In this document: piece after piece, positions 1 to 8,177 of the stretch
Layout of the letters: every line of letters starts with the position of its first letter
Numbering within the stretch: the first letter of the stretch is position 1
Origin: a virus
Strand: one strand, 5' to 3'
Length of the DNA: 45,931 nt
Virus record (IMG/VR): IMGVR_UViG_3300009610_000019
The notes under the pieces: generated by a model
What the model saw: only the letters and a program-made list of their open reading frames with translations
Database searches by the model: none
Told to the model about the DNA's origin: nothing
Translations under genes and position numbers: made by a program

Positions 1-123
1 ACGGGCGGCGGCTGGATGCCGCGGGCGCGCGCGTCCTCGACCGCCACCTCTTTGCGCAACTGCTCGGCGCGGGCCTGGTCCTCGCGGGCGGTGCGGATGA
101 TGGCGTCCTGCCTGCTCTCGTCC
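1..123. repeat. 123-bp terminal direct repeat, identical to 45809..45931 (circular-assembly overlap or terminal redundancy)
   Basis: Bases 1-123 (acgggcggcggctggatgcc...cctgctctcgtcc) recur exactly as the last 123 bases. A minus-strand reading frame runs through the junction in phase. Confidence 0.95.
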
Positions 124-1847
124 GCGAAGCGCGCCACGCGGGCCTGCTCCGCTTCGTTCCCAGCCCGTAGCTGCGACTCCTCCAGCGCACCCGTAGCTTG
201 AGCCCGGAACTGGTCCAAAAACTCCGCCTTGAGGCTTTCTCGCGCTTCCTTCATCAAGGCGCCGGTCTGCTTCTGGTTCGCCTTCTGGTACCCGATTTCG
301 CTGCCCTCGCCGCGGTCGCTCGTCTGGTACCGGCGCGCCTCGAATGGGTCCATCATGCCCAGCCGATACCGCGCCTCCTGCGCCTGCTTCTCGCCGCCGG
401 CCGTGCGCGCCAGCTCGACCACGCGCTCCTTCACCATGTTCGTGGTGATTTCCTTCGTAACGTCATTCTTCACAGCGCGATGGCGCGCTATGATCTGCTG
501 CGCAGTAATGGGGTCGATGCGGGCGGCTGTTGCCACCATCTCGGGCGAGAGCGCGTGGGAAGCGCCCTTCTGGTACGGGTCGAGCCCGGCGAGCCGCGAC
601 TGGGCGATGAAGTTCAGGACGAATTCCTCGGCCCGGCTGTGCGCGGTCTTGAGTTCGAGCGCCGCATCTTCGGCTGGCGTCCGCTTGCCGTTCGTGGTGG
701 CCTCTAGGGCCTCGGCCGCGAACCCCGTCTGCTTCTTGGCGCCGCGCTCGCGGAAGGACCGCGTCATGCCGGGGAAGTTGTGGCGGATGGATGCGTCGAG
801 CCCGAACGTGAAGGCGCCGACCAGCATGTTCTCCAGGCGGCTCTCGCCGGGTGCGGGCTCGGGCAGGCCCTCGAAGGCGGCGCCGGTCGCAGCGGCCGAC
901 ACGGCGGGCGTGATGGCCTTGGCGTACTTCGAGCCCGCGAGCGCGGTCTTGGCGAGCGACCCAACGCCGTGCGCGAACAGCGGGTAAGTGACCAGATTCT
1001 CGATGGTTAGGCTTGCCCACTGGTCGCCGGTCAGCTTCTCGCCGCTGTTCTGGGCCTCCGCCGCCGCGGCGGTGGCTGCGACTGCGCCCATGCCGGCCTG
1101 CTGGGCGATGAACTCCGGCACCCCGCCCTTGATGAGCGCGCCGGACAGTCCACCCATGAACGCCAGTTGCGAGCCCAGGTCGCCGGCCTTTTCAGAGTTG
1201 CGCGCCCAGAATCCGGCCTCGCCGTAGACGCCCGCCGTCTCCAGGTCGCGGATGAACGTCTTGGAGTTGAAGATGGGCTTCTTGCCCCAGCCGGCGCCCA
1301 TCAGTTGCACGACGTTCTGGGCGGTCTGCAAGCCGCCCGCGCCGAACCCCACGACGGGGCGCATGACAGGCTCAAGAATCTTCATGGCGCGCGACTGCTC
1401 GGGCAGCGGATGGCCGGAGATTTTGCCCCACTTCTGCGGCGACATGCGCCCGAGAGACGGGCCGAGCGGCGGGCCGGGGAGCGGCGGCGGCGCGTCCATC
1501 GCATCCCGGAATGGCGGCGGCTTCGGCCCCATGTCCATCGCGCTATTGACCTGCTGGAGCCCGGCTTCGAGGTCGTTCTTGGGTTGGTAGGCGGGCGGCG
1601 GCTTGACCCAACCGCCCTTCTCTGGCGGCACGTCGTACAGGGTGCCCCACTGGAAGTCCGGGCGTACCGGCCGGGCTGGCGGAGCAGCGGCCGCGGCGGG
1701 CTTCTTCTCCAGGTCCGCAAGCAGATCGTCGAGTGGGTCAGCGGCGACTGGTGCTACGTCGCCCTCTTCGTCCTCGGTGGTGGCAACGGAGTCGCCTTCG
1801 GCCGGCGTGATGTCGTCTAGGAGGTCGTCCAGCGGGTCGCGCGCCAC
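1..1847 (-). CDS. giant virion (internal/ejection-type) protein, N-terminal ~615 codons; same gene as 41704..45808 across the circular junction (~1983 aa in total)
   Basis: Manual translation of the minus frame is stop-free from GTG at 1847 to base 1. GGAGG lies 6 nt upstream of that GTG, just after the TGA of 1850..2836. The frame is in phase with ORF 41704..45867 through the 123-bp repeat. The sequence begins VARDPLDDLLDDITPAEGD. The plus-strand track ORFs in this region are antisense shadows. Confidence 0.75.
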   Translation of the reverse strand, partial: MARDPLDDLLDDITPAEGDSVATTEDEEGDVAPVAADPLDDLLADLEKKPAAAAAPPARPVRPDFQWGTLYDVPPEKGGWVKPPPAYQPKNDLEAGLQQVNSAMDMGPKPPPFRDAMDAPPPLPGPPLGPSLGRMSPQKWGKISGHPLPEQSRAMKILEPVMRPVVGFGAGGLQTAQNVVQLMGAGWGKKPIFNSKTFIRDLETAGVYGEAGFWARNSEKAGDLGSQLAFMGGLSGALIKGGVPEFIAQQAGMGAVAATAAAAEAQNSGEKLTGDQWASLTIENLVTYPLFAHGVGSLAKTALAGSKYAKAITPAVSAAATGAAFEGLPEPAPGESRLENMLVGAFTFGLDASIRHNFPGMTRSFRERGAKKQTGFAAEALEATTNGKRTPAEDAALELKTAHSRAEEFVLNFIAQSRLAGLDPYQKGASHALSPEMVATAARIDPITAQQIIARHRAVKNDVTKEITTNMVKERVVELARTAGGEKQAQEARYRLGMMDPFEARRYQTSDRGEGSEIGYQKANQKQTGALMKEARESLKAEFLDQFRAQATGALEESQLRAGNEAEQARVARFADESRQDAIIRTAREDQARAEQLRKEVAVEDARARGIQPPP

Positions 1848-1849
1848 GG

Positions 1850-2836
1850 TCAACCTCCGAGCTTGGACTTGATGTACGCGATGTCCTCGGGCGTGTAGGT
1901 GATCCCGCTCGCGCGGATCAGGTCGCGGATCTTGGCGCGGTCGCCGCCGGCCTTCTCGATGATGGCGTCCAGCGGGTTCGGCGCCGCCGCGGCGGCGACA
2001 GGCGGCGGCTTGGTGCCTCCGTTGAACGTCGGCTTCACGTCTGGCAGCGGCCCCCAGCGGTTCCTGCCCGGCGTCGGCAGCCCGCGGGCGGCGACCTGCT
2101 CGATGGCGTCTACCAGCGGCGTACCCTTGCGCGCGAGCGCCTGGGCTTCCATCGCAAGCCCGAGCAGATGGCGCCGCACTTCCTTGCCGGACATGCCCTT
2201 GGCGGGACCGTCCTCCACCTTCTCCAAGTCGGCAAGCGCGTCGGACGGCATCTGGTAGAGGCGTTGGGACAGCTCGTTCTCGATGGCGCCTGGGACCTCG
2301 GATACCTTGGTGACGTACTTGTCGAAGTACGGCGGCGGCGGCTTGGCGGCGGTGCCCTTTGGCGCGTCCGGCTTGAAGGTCTTGTCACGCTGGTTCCGGT
2401 TCGCTTCCCCGTACACCGACAAGGCCGTCTGCCGCGGCATGCCTGCGGACAGACCCCTCGCGGCTTCCGGATTCGACTCGCTCATCACCCGCAGTTCTTC
2501 CTCGCTCAGTTGGGACGCCTTCTCGGCTGCGAGCTTCTGGCGGGCGGTGGCGCCCATAGCCGCCGCCTTGTTCGCAAGGTCGATGTCGTAACTGGCCGCC
2601 ATGCCGTAGGCGCCCGCGATCTCGTCCGACGTGGCGTCCGGATTCAAGAGCGAAGCAAGTAGCTGCTGCGGAATCTGTCGAGGTCGTTTGGCGTCAGCCT
2701 GTTGCGCGCGCAGCGCCATCGCTTCGACCAGGCGGTTCTGGGTTTCGTGTCCGATCTTGGTGCGCTCTTCGTTGTACGCCTGCTGCTGGCCGTGCTGGAC
2801 GCCGCGGATGAGTGCTTCGGTGAGTTCGTCAGCCAC
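1850..2836 (-). CDS. hypothetical virion protein, 328 aa (candidate internal/ejection protein)
   Basis: Long ORF, Ala/Gln/Pro-rich. It lies in the block between the tail genes and the giant protein, and its stop abuts the RBS of the giant gene. Confidence 0.5.
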   Translation of the reverse strand: MADELTEALIRGVQHGQQQAYNEERTKIGHETQNRLVEAMALRAQQADAKRPRQIPQQLLASLLNPDATSDEIAGAYGMAASYDIDLANKAAAMGATARQKLAAEKASQLSEEELRVMSESNPEAARGLSAGMPRQTALSVYGEANRNQRDKTFKPDAPKGTAAKPPPPYFDKYVTKVSEVPGAIENELSQRLYQMPSDALADLEKVEDGPAKGMSGKEVRRHLLGLAMEAQALARKGTPLVDAIEQVAARGLPTPGRNRWGPLPDVKPTFNGGTKPPPVAAAAAPNPLDAIIEKAGGDRAKIRDLIRASGITYTPEDIAYIKSKLGG

Positions 2837-3446
2837 GAGGAATCACCCCGCTCCGGCGGCGATTCGCGCGACCGATCTGCGCCGACGCCAGCTCGTCCTC
2901 GGGGTTGTAGGCGTCTGGGTCCAAGTCCCGGAGGTTGGCGTCGATGCCTTCCATTGGGGCGGCGCTGAATCCGTTCCCCTTCGTGCCGGCGCCGAGCTTG
3001 CGCCCGCCCAGGTAGGCGAGCGTGTTGCCGGCAGATCCCAGCGACGACGCCCAGGCGTCTGCCATCCCAGGTGCATCGCTGCCGCCGTAGATGGACTGCT
3101 TGACGGCTGCGAGCCGGAACGCCATTTCGTCCAGGTGCTCGGTGCGCTGTTGCTCGACGGGCGCGATGGCACCTGCCACCTCTCCCGCCGCGCCGCTGCC
3201 CTGGAGCACCCCGCGGCCAGCCAGCGACATGAGCGTGCGGGTGGTGATGGCTTGGAGCAACGAGCCCTGCGACTCGGAGGAGCCGAGCATGCCTTGCGCA
3301 AGGCGGTCCTCGGCCGGGCGCAGCGCCTCAATCTGCCGCTGGATGATCGCGTCGCGCCGACGCCGCGCCGAGCGCGCCGTGAGCAGATTGCTGCCGAGCT
3401 TGAGCCCTTCACCGATCCCGATGAGAGCCAGTGCAGGCAGTGGCAT
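2829..3446 (-). CDS. hypothetical virion protein, 205 aa
   Basis: The ORF is chained to its neighbours (TGATG at 3446, 8-nt overlap at 2829-2836). It is Gly/Ala-rich with a basic C-terminus. Confidence 0.55.
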   Translation of the reverse strand: MPLPALALIGIGEGLKLGSNLLTARSARRRRDAIIQRQIEALRPAEDRLAQGMLGSSESQGSLLQAITTRTLMSLAGRGVLQGSGAAGEVAGAIAPVEQQRTEHLDEMAFRLAAVKQSIYGGSDAPGMADAWASSLGSAGNTLAYLGGRKLGAGTKGNGFSAAPMEGIDANLRDLDPDAYNPEDELASAQIGRANRRRSGVIPRG

Positions 3447-5635
3447 CAGAACACCCCCCGTGTCACGACTTCCGGCAGGATGCCGAATAGCTGGAAGCGC
3501 GCTGCGACGCTGCCGCTCAACCGGAGGTCCATGTACCGCCCCTTGAAGTTCGCGGGGAGGTCGATGATGACTTCTTCCCGCCTAGTCGTCGAAAAGTTCA
3601 CCTGGTAAGTGACGGCCGGCATGTCGTCCATCTGTGCGAAGAGGGACACCGTTTCGCCCTGCGTATTCACGTCGAGCTTTACCTTGTAGAATTGCCCCTG
3701 CACCCCGCCAGCCGAGAAGCGCCGCGCCTTGACTGCGAAGGTCGGGTTGGTGAAGTCGTCCCCCGCCGGCTGCTCATCGGTCAATCCTTCTTCGATGAAG
3801 TAGTGATACCCCTGCGCGTCGATGGCAAGCATACGAGATTCGCGCCCGAGCCAGTAAATTGACTCCCAAGACGGCGCGCGGTCCAGGCTCCAGCGCGTCG
3901 GCCCGCGCGAACTGTCCCCGATTGCCATGTACCGCGGCACGCTCGGATCTGCTTCGTGGCCGGGCTTGTATCCGGACGGGTTGTTGGACGCCGGAAAGAG
4001 CATGAAGAATTTCCGGTCGCCATAGGTGCCGACGACTTCCTGCGCGTTGCCGCTGTCGAATTTGCTGTAGTCGCCCTGGTAATCGTCGCGGTCGAAGATT
4101 GGCAGCATCTCATCCGCCACCTCGTCCACGGTGGCGCCGTTGAAGAGCCGCGGGATACCGTCCGTGCCAACGAAGCGGATGCCGTTCTCGGTTGCCACGA
4201 TGGTGTCGCGCGCGATGCAGCCGACGCGGGCGAACCCCGTGTGCATCTCATCCTCGATGGCGCTGTAGGTGTAGACCCCCTGGTTAGTCAGGATCACGCA
4301 CACCTTGCCAAGCGGCACGACTCCGACGATGATCTCGGTGCCATTCCCGACCTGTCGCCAGTGATACATATACTCCGGCTCGCCGGGATTCGAGAAGAAT
4401 AAGTAGGAGCGATTGACGTTGATGGCCGAGATTTTCGTCTTAGACAGGAGCTTCGTTTTTATCAAGAAGGCGCCGGGCGCACGATTCGAGTACCGCTCGA
4501 TGAACGTCCCGACCTGCTGCCCCTCCGGCACTTCGCGGTACACCACGTCCAGGCTGGACGCTCCGTAAGCGATGTCGTCCACGACGCACATGTCTGTCAG
4601 GATGGGCGGTGCAGACGCATCCATCAGCATCAGGTCGCGGTTCTGCATGTCCACTTGGTCGTTCACGTCGAACACAATGCCTGCGGCGCGCGCGGCTGCG
4701 TCGGTATCAACGCTGCTGCGAATGTATCGGTAGGCAGACGGCTCCAGGTCGGTACTGCTGGTGAGCGTGATCTGGCAGTAGAGCCGAACCTTGTACTTGG
4801 TTGGCGACGCCTGCACCTCTGCCGGGAACGTCGAGTAGATAGTGTCCCACTTGACGGTGACAGTGGTCTTGGTGTCACCGGAGGCGTGCGTGTACGCTAC
4901 GAACATGGACGGGCTCGACTGGATGCCGAACTCGTCCTCAATGACGATACGGAACCGGAACGTCGCGAATCCGAGCGTCGGATTCCCAGCCCCAGAGGCG
5001 GTCGCTGTCGGTTTTTGTGTCAGGTCGGCGGCGTCGCTTGTGCCAGCGGTCGGCCACTTGATGCCCGCGTTGCGCACAGCGTATTTGATGCGCGCCAGGT
5101 ACGTCTGGTCGGCCTTGTTCTTCCGCCGGAACACCTTCATCGGCGTTTTGTCGTCCACGGCGTAGGCGCGATCCCCGTATACCACGAACTTGGCGCGGCT
5201 GTTGATAGACTCGAAGCCACCGTTGCCGTCGATGACGCCGCTGCCACTGCCGGCGTAGTCGCCGTTGAACTCCAGGCGGCTGCCGGTTTTCTCCAGGAAA
5301 TTGAGTCGCTGTGGAATCGGGATCGTGTTGTTGCTGGTGTCCGTAGGCCAAATGCGCTGATCGTAGAACGGAGCAAAGCCCCGCACGCGAGACGATGATC
5401 GGAAGTGGTTCACGGTGCTGGTGTACACAAAGAGCCCGGTCGAGCCACCGGAGTAGCCCTCGTATGGGAACTCCAGCCCGGCCTGTACGCGCCCACCGCG
5501 CGAAAAAGCGGCGCCGTCCTCGAAGTAGCGGATGCCATCGGCCAGCGTCAGCGCGCCCTCGCCCAACTGGGCCGGGTCGGCCGAGAGGTTCAAGCCCCGA
5601 ATGCCGATGCGCCGTTCCTGGTCGATAGGTGCCAT
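3446..5635 (-). CDS. large tail structural protein, 729 aa (candidate nozzle / tail-tube-B-like protein)
   Basis: Assigned from its size and its position between the receptor-binding genes and the internal-protein block. There are 1-nt TGATG overlaps at both ends. Function is from synteny only. Confidence 0.4.
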   Translation of the reverse strand: MAPIDQERRIGIRGLNLSADPAQLGEGALTLADGIRYFEDGAAFSRGGRVQAGLEFPYEGYSGGSTGLFVYTSTVNHFRSSSRVRGFAPFYDQRIWPTDTSNNTIPIPQRLNFLEKTGSRLEFNGDYAGSGSGVIDGNGGFESINSRAKFVVYGDRAYAVDDKTPMKVFRRKNKADQTYLARIKYAVRNAGIKWPTAGTSDAADLTQKPTATASGAGNPTLGFATFRFRIVIEDEFGIQSSPSMFVAYTHASGDTKTTVTVKWDTIYSTFPAEVQASPTKYKVRLYCQITLTSSTDLEPSAYRYIRSSVDTDAAARAAGIVFDVNDQVDMQNRDLMLMDASAPPILTDMCVVDDIAYGASSLDVVYREVPEGQQVGTFIERYSNRAPGAFLIKTKLLSKTKISAINVNRSYLFFSNPGEPEYMYHWRQVGNGTEIIVGVVPLGKVCVILTNQGVYTYSAIEDEMHTGFARVGCIARDTIVATENGIRFVGTDGIPRLFNGATVDEVADEMLPIFDRDDYQGDYSKFDSGNAQEVVGTYGDRKFFMLFPASNNPSGYKPGHEADPSVPRYMAIGDSSRGPTRWSLDRAPSWESIYWLGRESRMLAIDAQGYHYFIEEGLTDEQPAGDDFTNPTFAVKARRFSAGGVQGQFYKVKLDVNTQGETVSLFAQMDDMPAVTYQVNFSTTRREEVIIDLPANFKGRYMDLRLSGSVAARFQLFGILPEVVTRGVF

Positions 5636-7278
5636 CAGACAGCCGCCCCCCCGTCGAAGCGCGCGAACAGGGCATCGAGAAGCGTCATGCGCGCCACATA
5701 GTCGAGCGACGCCGCGCCGCTCAACAGCACGTCGGCGGTGACGTAACCCTGGGCGAAGTTCGGCCCGATCATGTTCTTGTTGCTCGACCCGCCGGCCTTC
5801 TCTTCCACTCCGTACAGGTGCTTGTTGCCGTTGACCGAGGTCACGGTCGTGCAGCGGATGATGTTGTTGACGATGATGGACTCAAACACTCCAGCGCCAC
5901 CGCCACCGGGGCAGTCGAGCAGGATGCCGGAGTAATCGGTCGCAGCCGCGTCCTCGCGGGAGCAGTTGAGCACCAACACTTCCGCGATGCGGCCCCACTT
6001 GGCGAGCGCACCAGCACACTGGATGGCGATGCCCTGTTGGGTGGCACTCTCAACCTTGCCGCCGGAAATCTCGAAGCCTTCAATCGCAGTCCCGCTTCCG
6101 GCCAGTAGAATGCCGGGTCCGGTTGCGCCGACGACTTCGTTGCCAGCCAGGCGTACGTTCTTCGCCGTAACCATCGCGGCGTCCATCGTCACGGCGATCT
6201 TGCCGGCCGCCAGTTTGTTGCCGGACACGTCCGGGCTGTCGATGCCGGTGATGGCGATGTTGCCCGCGGTCAGGCGATTCCCGAGCACGTTCACGCCGCG
6301 GTGCGAGGCGGCTGCAAAGACTCCGCCGCGAATTACCGAGAGGTCCATGCCGGTGCCGGTCAACACGTTGCCCACAACGTCGATGTCGCGCAGCAGGTCC
6401 GCCCCGCCTGCGGATGCGATCAAGATGCCGGTGCCGCCGCCCTGGAGTTGATTTGACAGAATGTGCCCATTTGATGCGGCAAACGCCTCCATGTTCAGCG
6501 AGCTTGTGGCGCCAAACGTGCAGCCAGACACCCAGAAGTTGTCCATCTGAAAACCGGCGGACCCAAGCACAAGTCCAAGCTGCCCACCGCTTATGTAGCA
6601 GTTGAGCACCTTGACGCCGCCGATTGGCTGTACGCCAAAGCCTGTGAATGCGAGCGCCCCATTCGTTCCCGCGGTTCCGTTGCGGTCGATGAACAGATCG
6701 GCCACCGTCACGTCCGGACTGTCGATGATCGACAGTAGATTCTGGTTCGTAACGGCAGACGTGTTGCGCTTGAGGCAGGAGGCGAAGCCAGTCCCTACTA
6801 GGCGCAGGTTGGGGTACTGATCCACCTTGGGCATGAAACCGCCGAATTCCATGAACTCGTAGGTGGATGCCGGGAAAAAGATCCCGTTCACTTGCCCATC
6901 CGCAACCATGTCGGTCAGGATCTTATTGAACACTTCGGTGTTCTTCTGTGCGTCTGCGGCCGAGATGCCGGAACCAGCGATGCCGCCGTAGTGGTCGAAG
7001 TTCTTCAGCTCCGCGTAGTTCTTGCGGATGTCGGCCAGGCATGCCTCGACGTGCTTCGCGGCTTGCGTGTCTGCGATCTCGTCGAATGGCGTGTTGGCGC
7101 CAGAAACGACAGCGGCGTCCAGCACGGGAATGCTCGCTGCCGATACCTTGGTAATCGGTACGGTGCCGCCGGCAAGCCGTGAGTCGCGGTTGAGAAACTG
7201 GGTCGTAGGGCCAGCAGCCGGATCGTGCCGGGTGATGTCCTCTACGCCGAGGGAATCTTGTCCTACTGTTCCGGCCAC
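5635..7278 (-). CDS. tailspike/depolymerase-like protein with parallel beta-helix repeats, 547 aa
   Basis: Repeated short rung pattern (VVGNVLTGTGMDLSV, VNVLGNRLTAGNIAITG, VSGNKLAAGKIAV, VRLAGNEVVGATGPGILL) typical of the pectate-lyase fold. Confidence 0.6.
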   Translation of the reverse strand: MAGTVGQDSLGVEDITRHDPAAGPTTQFLNRDSRLAGGTVPITKVSAASIPVLDAAVVSGANTPFDEIADTQAAKHVEACLADIRKNYAELKNFDHYGGIAGSGISAADAQKNTEVFNKILTDMVADGQVNGIFFPASTYEFMEFGGFMPKVDQYPNLRLVGTGFASCLKRNTSAVTNQNLLSIIDSPDVTVADLFIDRNGTAGTNGALAFTGFGVQPIGGVKVLNCYISGGQLGLVLGSAGFQMDNFWVSGCTFGATSSLNMEAFAASNGHILSNQLQGGGTGILIASAGGADLLRDIDVVGNVLTGTGMDLSVIRGGVFAAASHRGVNVLGNRLTAGNIAITGIDSPDVSGNKLAAGKIAVTMDAAMVTAKNVRLAGNEVVGATGPGILLAGSGTAIEGFEISGGKVESATQQGIAIQCAGALAKWGRIAEVLVLNCSREDAAATDYSGILLDCPGGGGAGVFESIIVNNIIRCTTVTSVNGNKHLYGVEEKAGGSSNKNMIGPNFAQGYVTADVLLSGAASLDYVARMTLLDALFARFDGGAAV

Positions 7279-7285
7279 GATGCAC

Positions 7286-8161
7286 CTACCAGGTTACGGT
7301 GTACGATCCGCCCACGGTGTCGGACGGGCGGAACGCTCCGCGCCTGTTATCCCCGCCGTAGGACCCACTGATGACGTTCGGAATGCGCGGCAGCGGAATG
7401 TCCGCCAGTTCCTTCGCGCGATCCACGTCCATGCGCCAGAGCTTGCGATACAGGCCGGCCAGCTCGCGGTTGTGGTGGTCGCCCTCTTCTTCGTAGACGC
7501 GCCAGAGTGCGTACCAAACGGGCGCATTGGCGAAGGCGGCCTTGATCGGCACTTCGTCACCGTCGCCCGACATGGAGCCTGGGGCGCCTGTGGCCCACAC
7601 GTTCACGAGGTCGGACCCTTGGGAGTCCAGGTCTAGGATCACGCCGTACTCAGAGGTGTTGGTGAACCCCGGCACCGTGAGCACGATGCCGTACTCGGAC
7701 GTGAAGGTGTAGGCGCCGGTCGAGTCCGTCAGGTCCACCATGTCGCCGTATTCGCTCTCCCAGACGTAGTTGTCGGCGCTCGTGACGGAAGGCGTCGGGA
7801 GCACCCGGAACTGGTTGTGCGGCAAGGCGTCCGACGACCAGGCCAAGGGCGTCGCGCCGTCGTGCGACTGCCAGCGCTCGTCGCGGCTCGTGATCGTTCC
7901 GACAGCGCCAAGCACTTCGAGCGTCAGGTCAGAGTAGGCGATGCGCTGGGTTCGTAGGTGGTCCGTCCGATGGGTGTACACGTCCGTGCCTGCGGTCAGG
8001 GGCAGATCGTAGGCGATCCACTCGTCCTCGACTTCGGCCCGGAAGTCCAGGCAAGCGCGGTTGAGCAGTTCGACCAGATGCGCGCGCGTGAACCAACGCG
8101 GCGTCGTGATGTCGTCGCCCAGGACGAGATAGGCCCTGGTCAAAAGTCCCTGGAGATTCAC
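7286..8161 (-). CDS. hypothetical virion protein, 291 aa (adaptor-like, precedes the tailspike)
   Basis: ORF in the structural operon. Its N-terminal pattern (W.T...L.ELLN.A...F) resembles that of 10952..11626. Confidence 0.5.
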   Translation of the reverse strand: MNLQGLLTRAYLVLGDDITTPRWFTRAHLVELLNRACLDFRAEVEDEWIAYDLPLTAGTDVYTHRTDHLRTQRIAYSDLTLEVLGAVGTITSRDERWQSHDGATPLAWSSDALPHNQFRVLPTPSVTSADNYVWESEYGDMVDLTDSTGAYTFTSEYGIVLTVPGFTNTSEYGVILDLDSQGSDLVNVWATGAPGSMSGDGDEVPIKAAFANAPVWYALWRVYEEEGDHHNRELAGLYRKLWRMDVDRAKELADIPLPRIPNVISGSYGGDNRRGAFRPSDTVGGSYTVTW

Positions 8162-8177
8162 CGCACCACACCGCCCC

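Noticed and set aside
229-1820. Plus-strand ORFs 229..987 and 1167..1820 and minus-strand ORFs 463..1020 and 1382..1720 at the window start
   Set aside because: They have Arg/Ala/Ser/Pro-rich junk composition typical of off-frame or antisense translation in GC-rich DNA. The stop-free minus frame that I translated by hand gives a sensible protein and is continuous with the giant ORF at the other window end.
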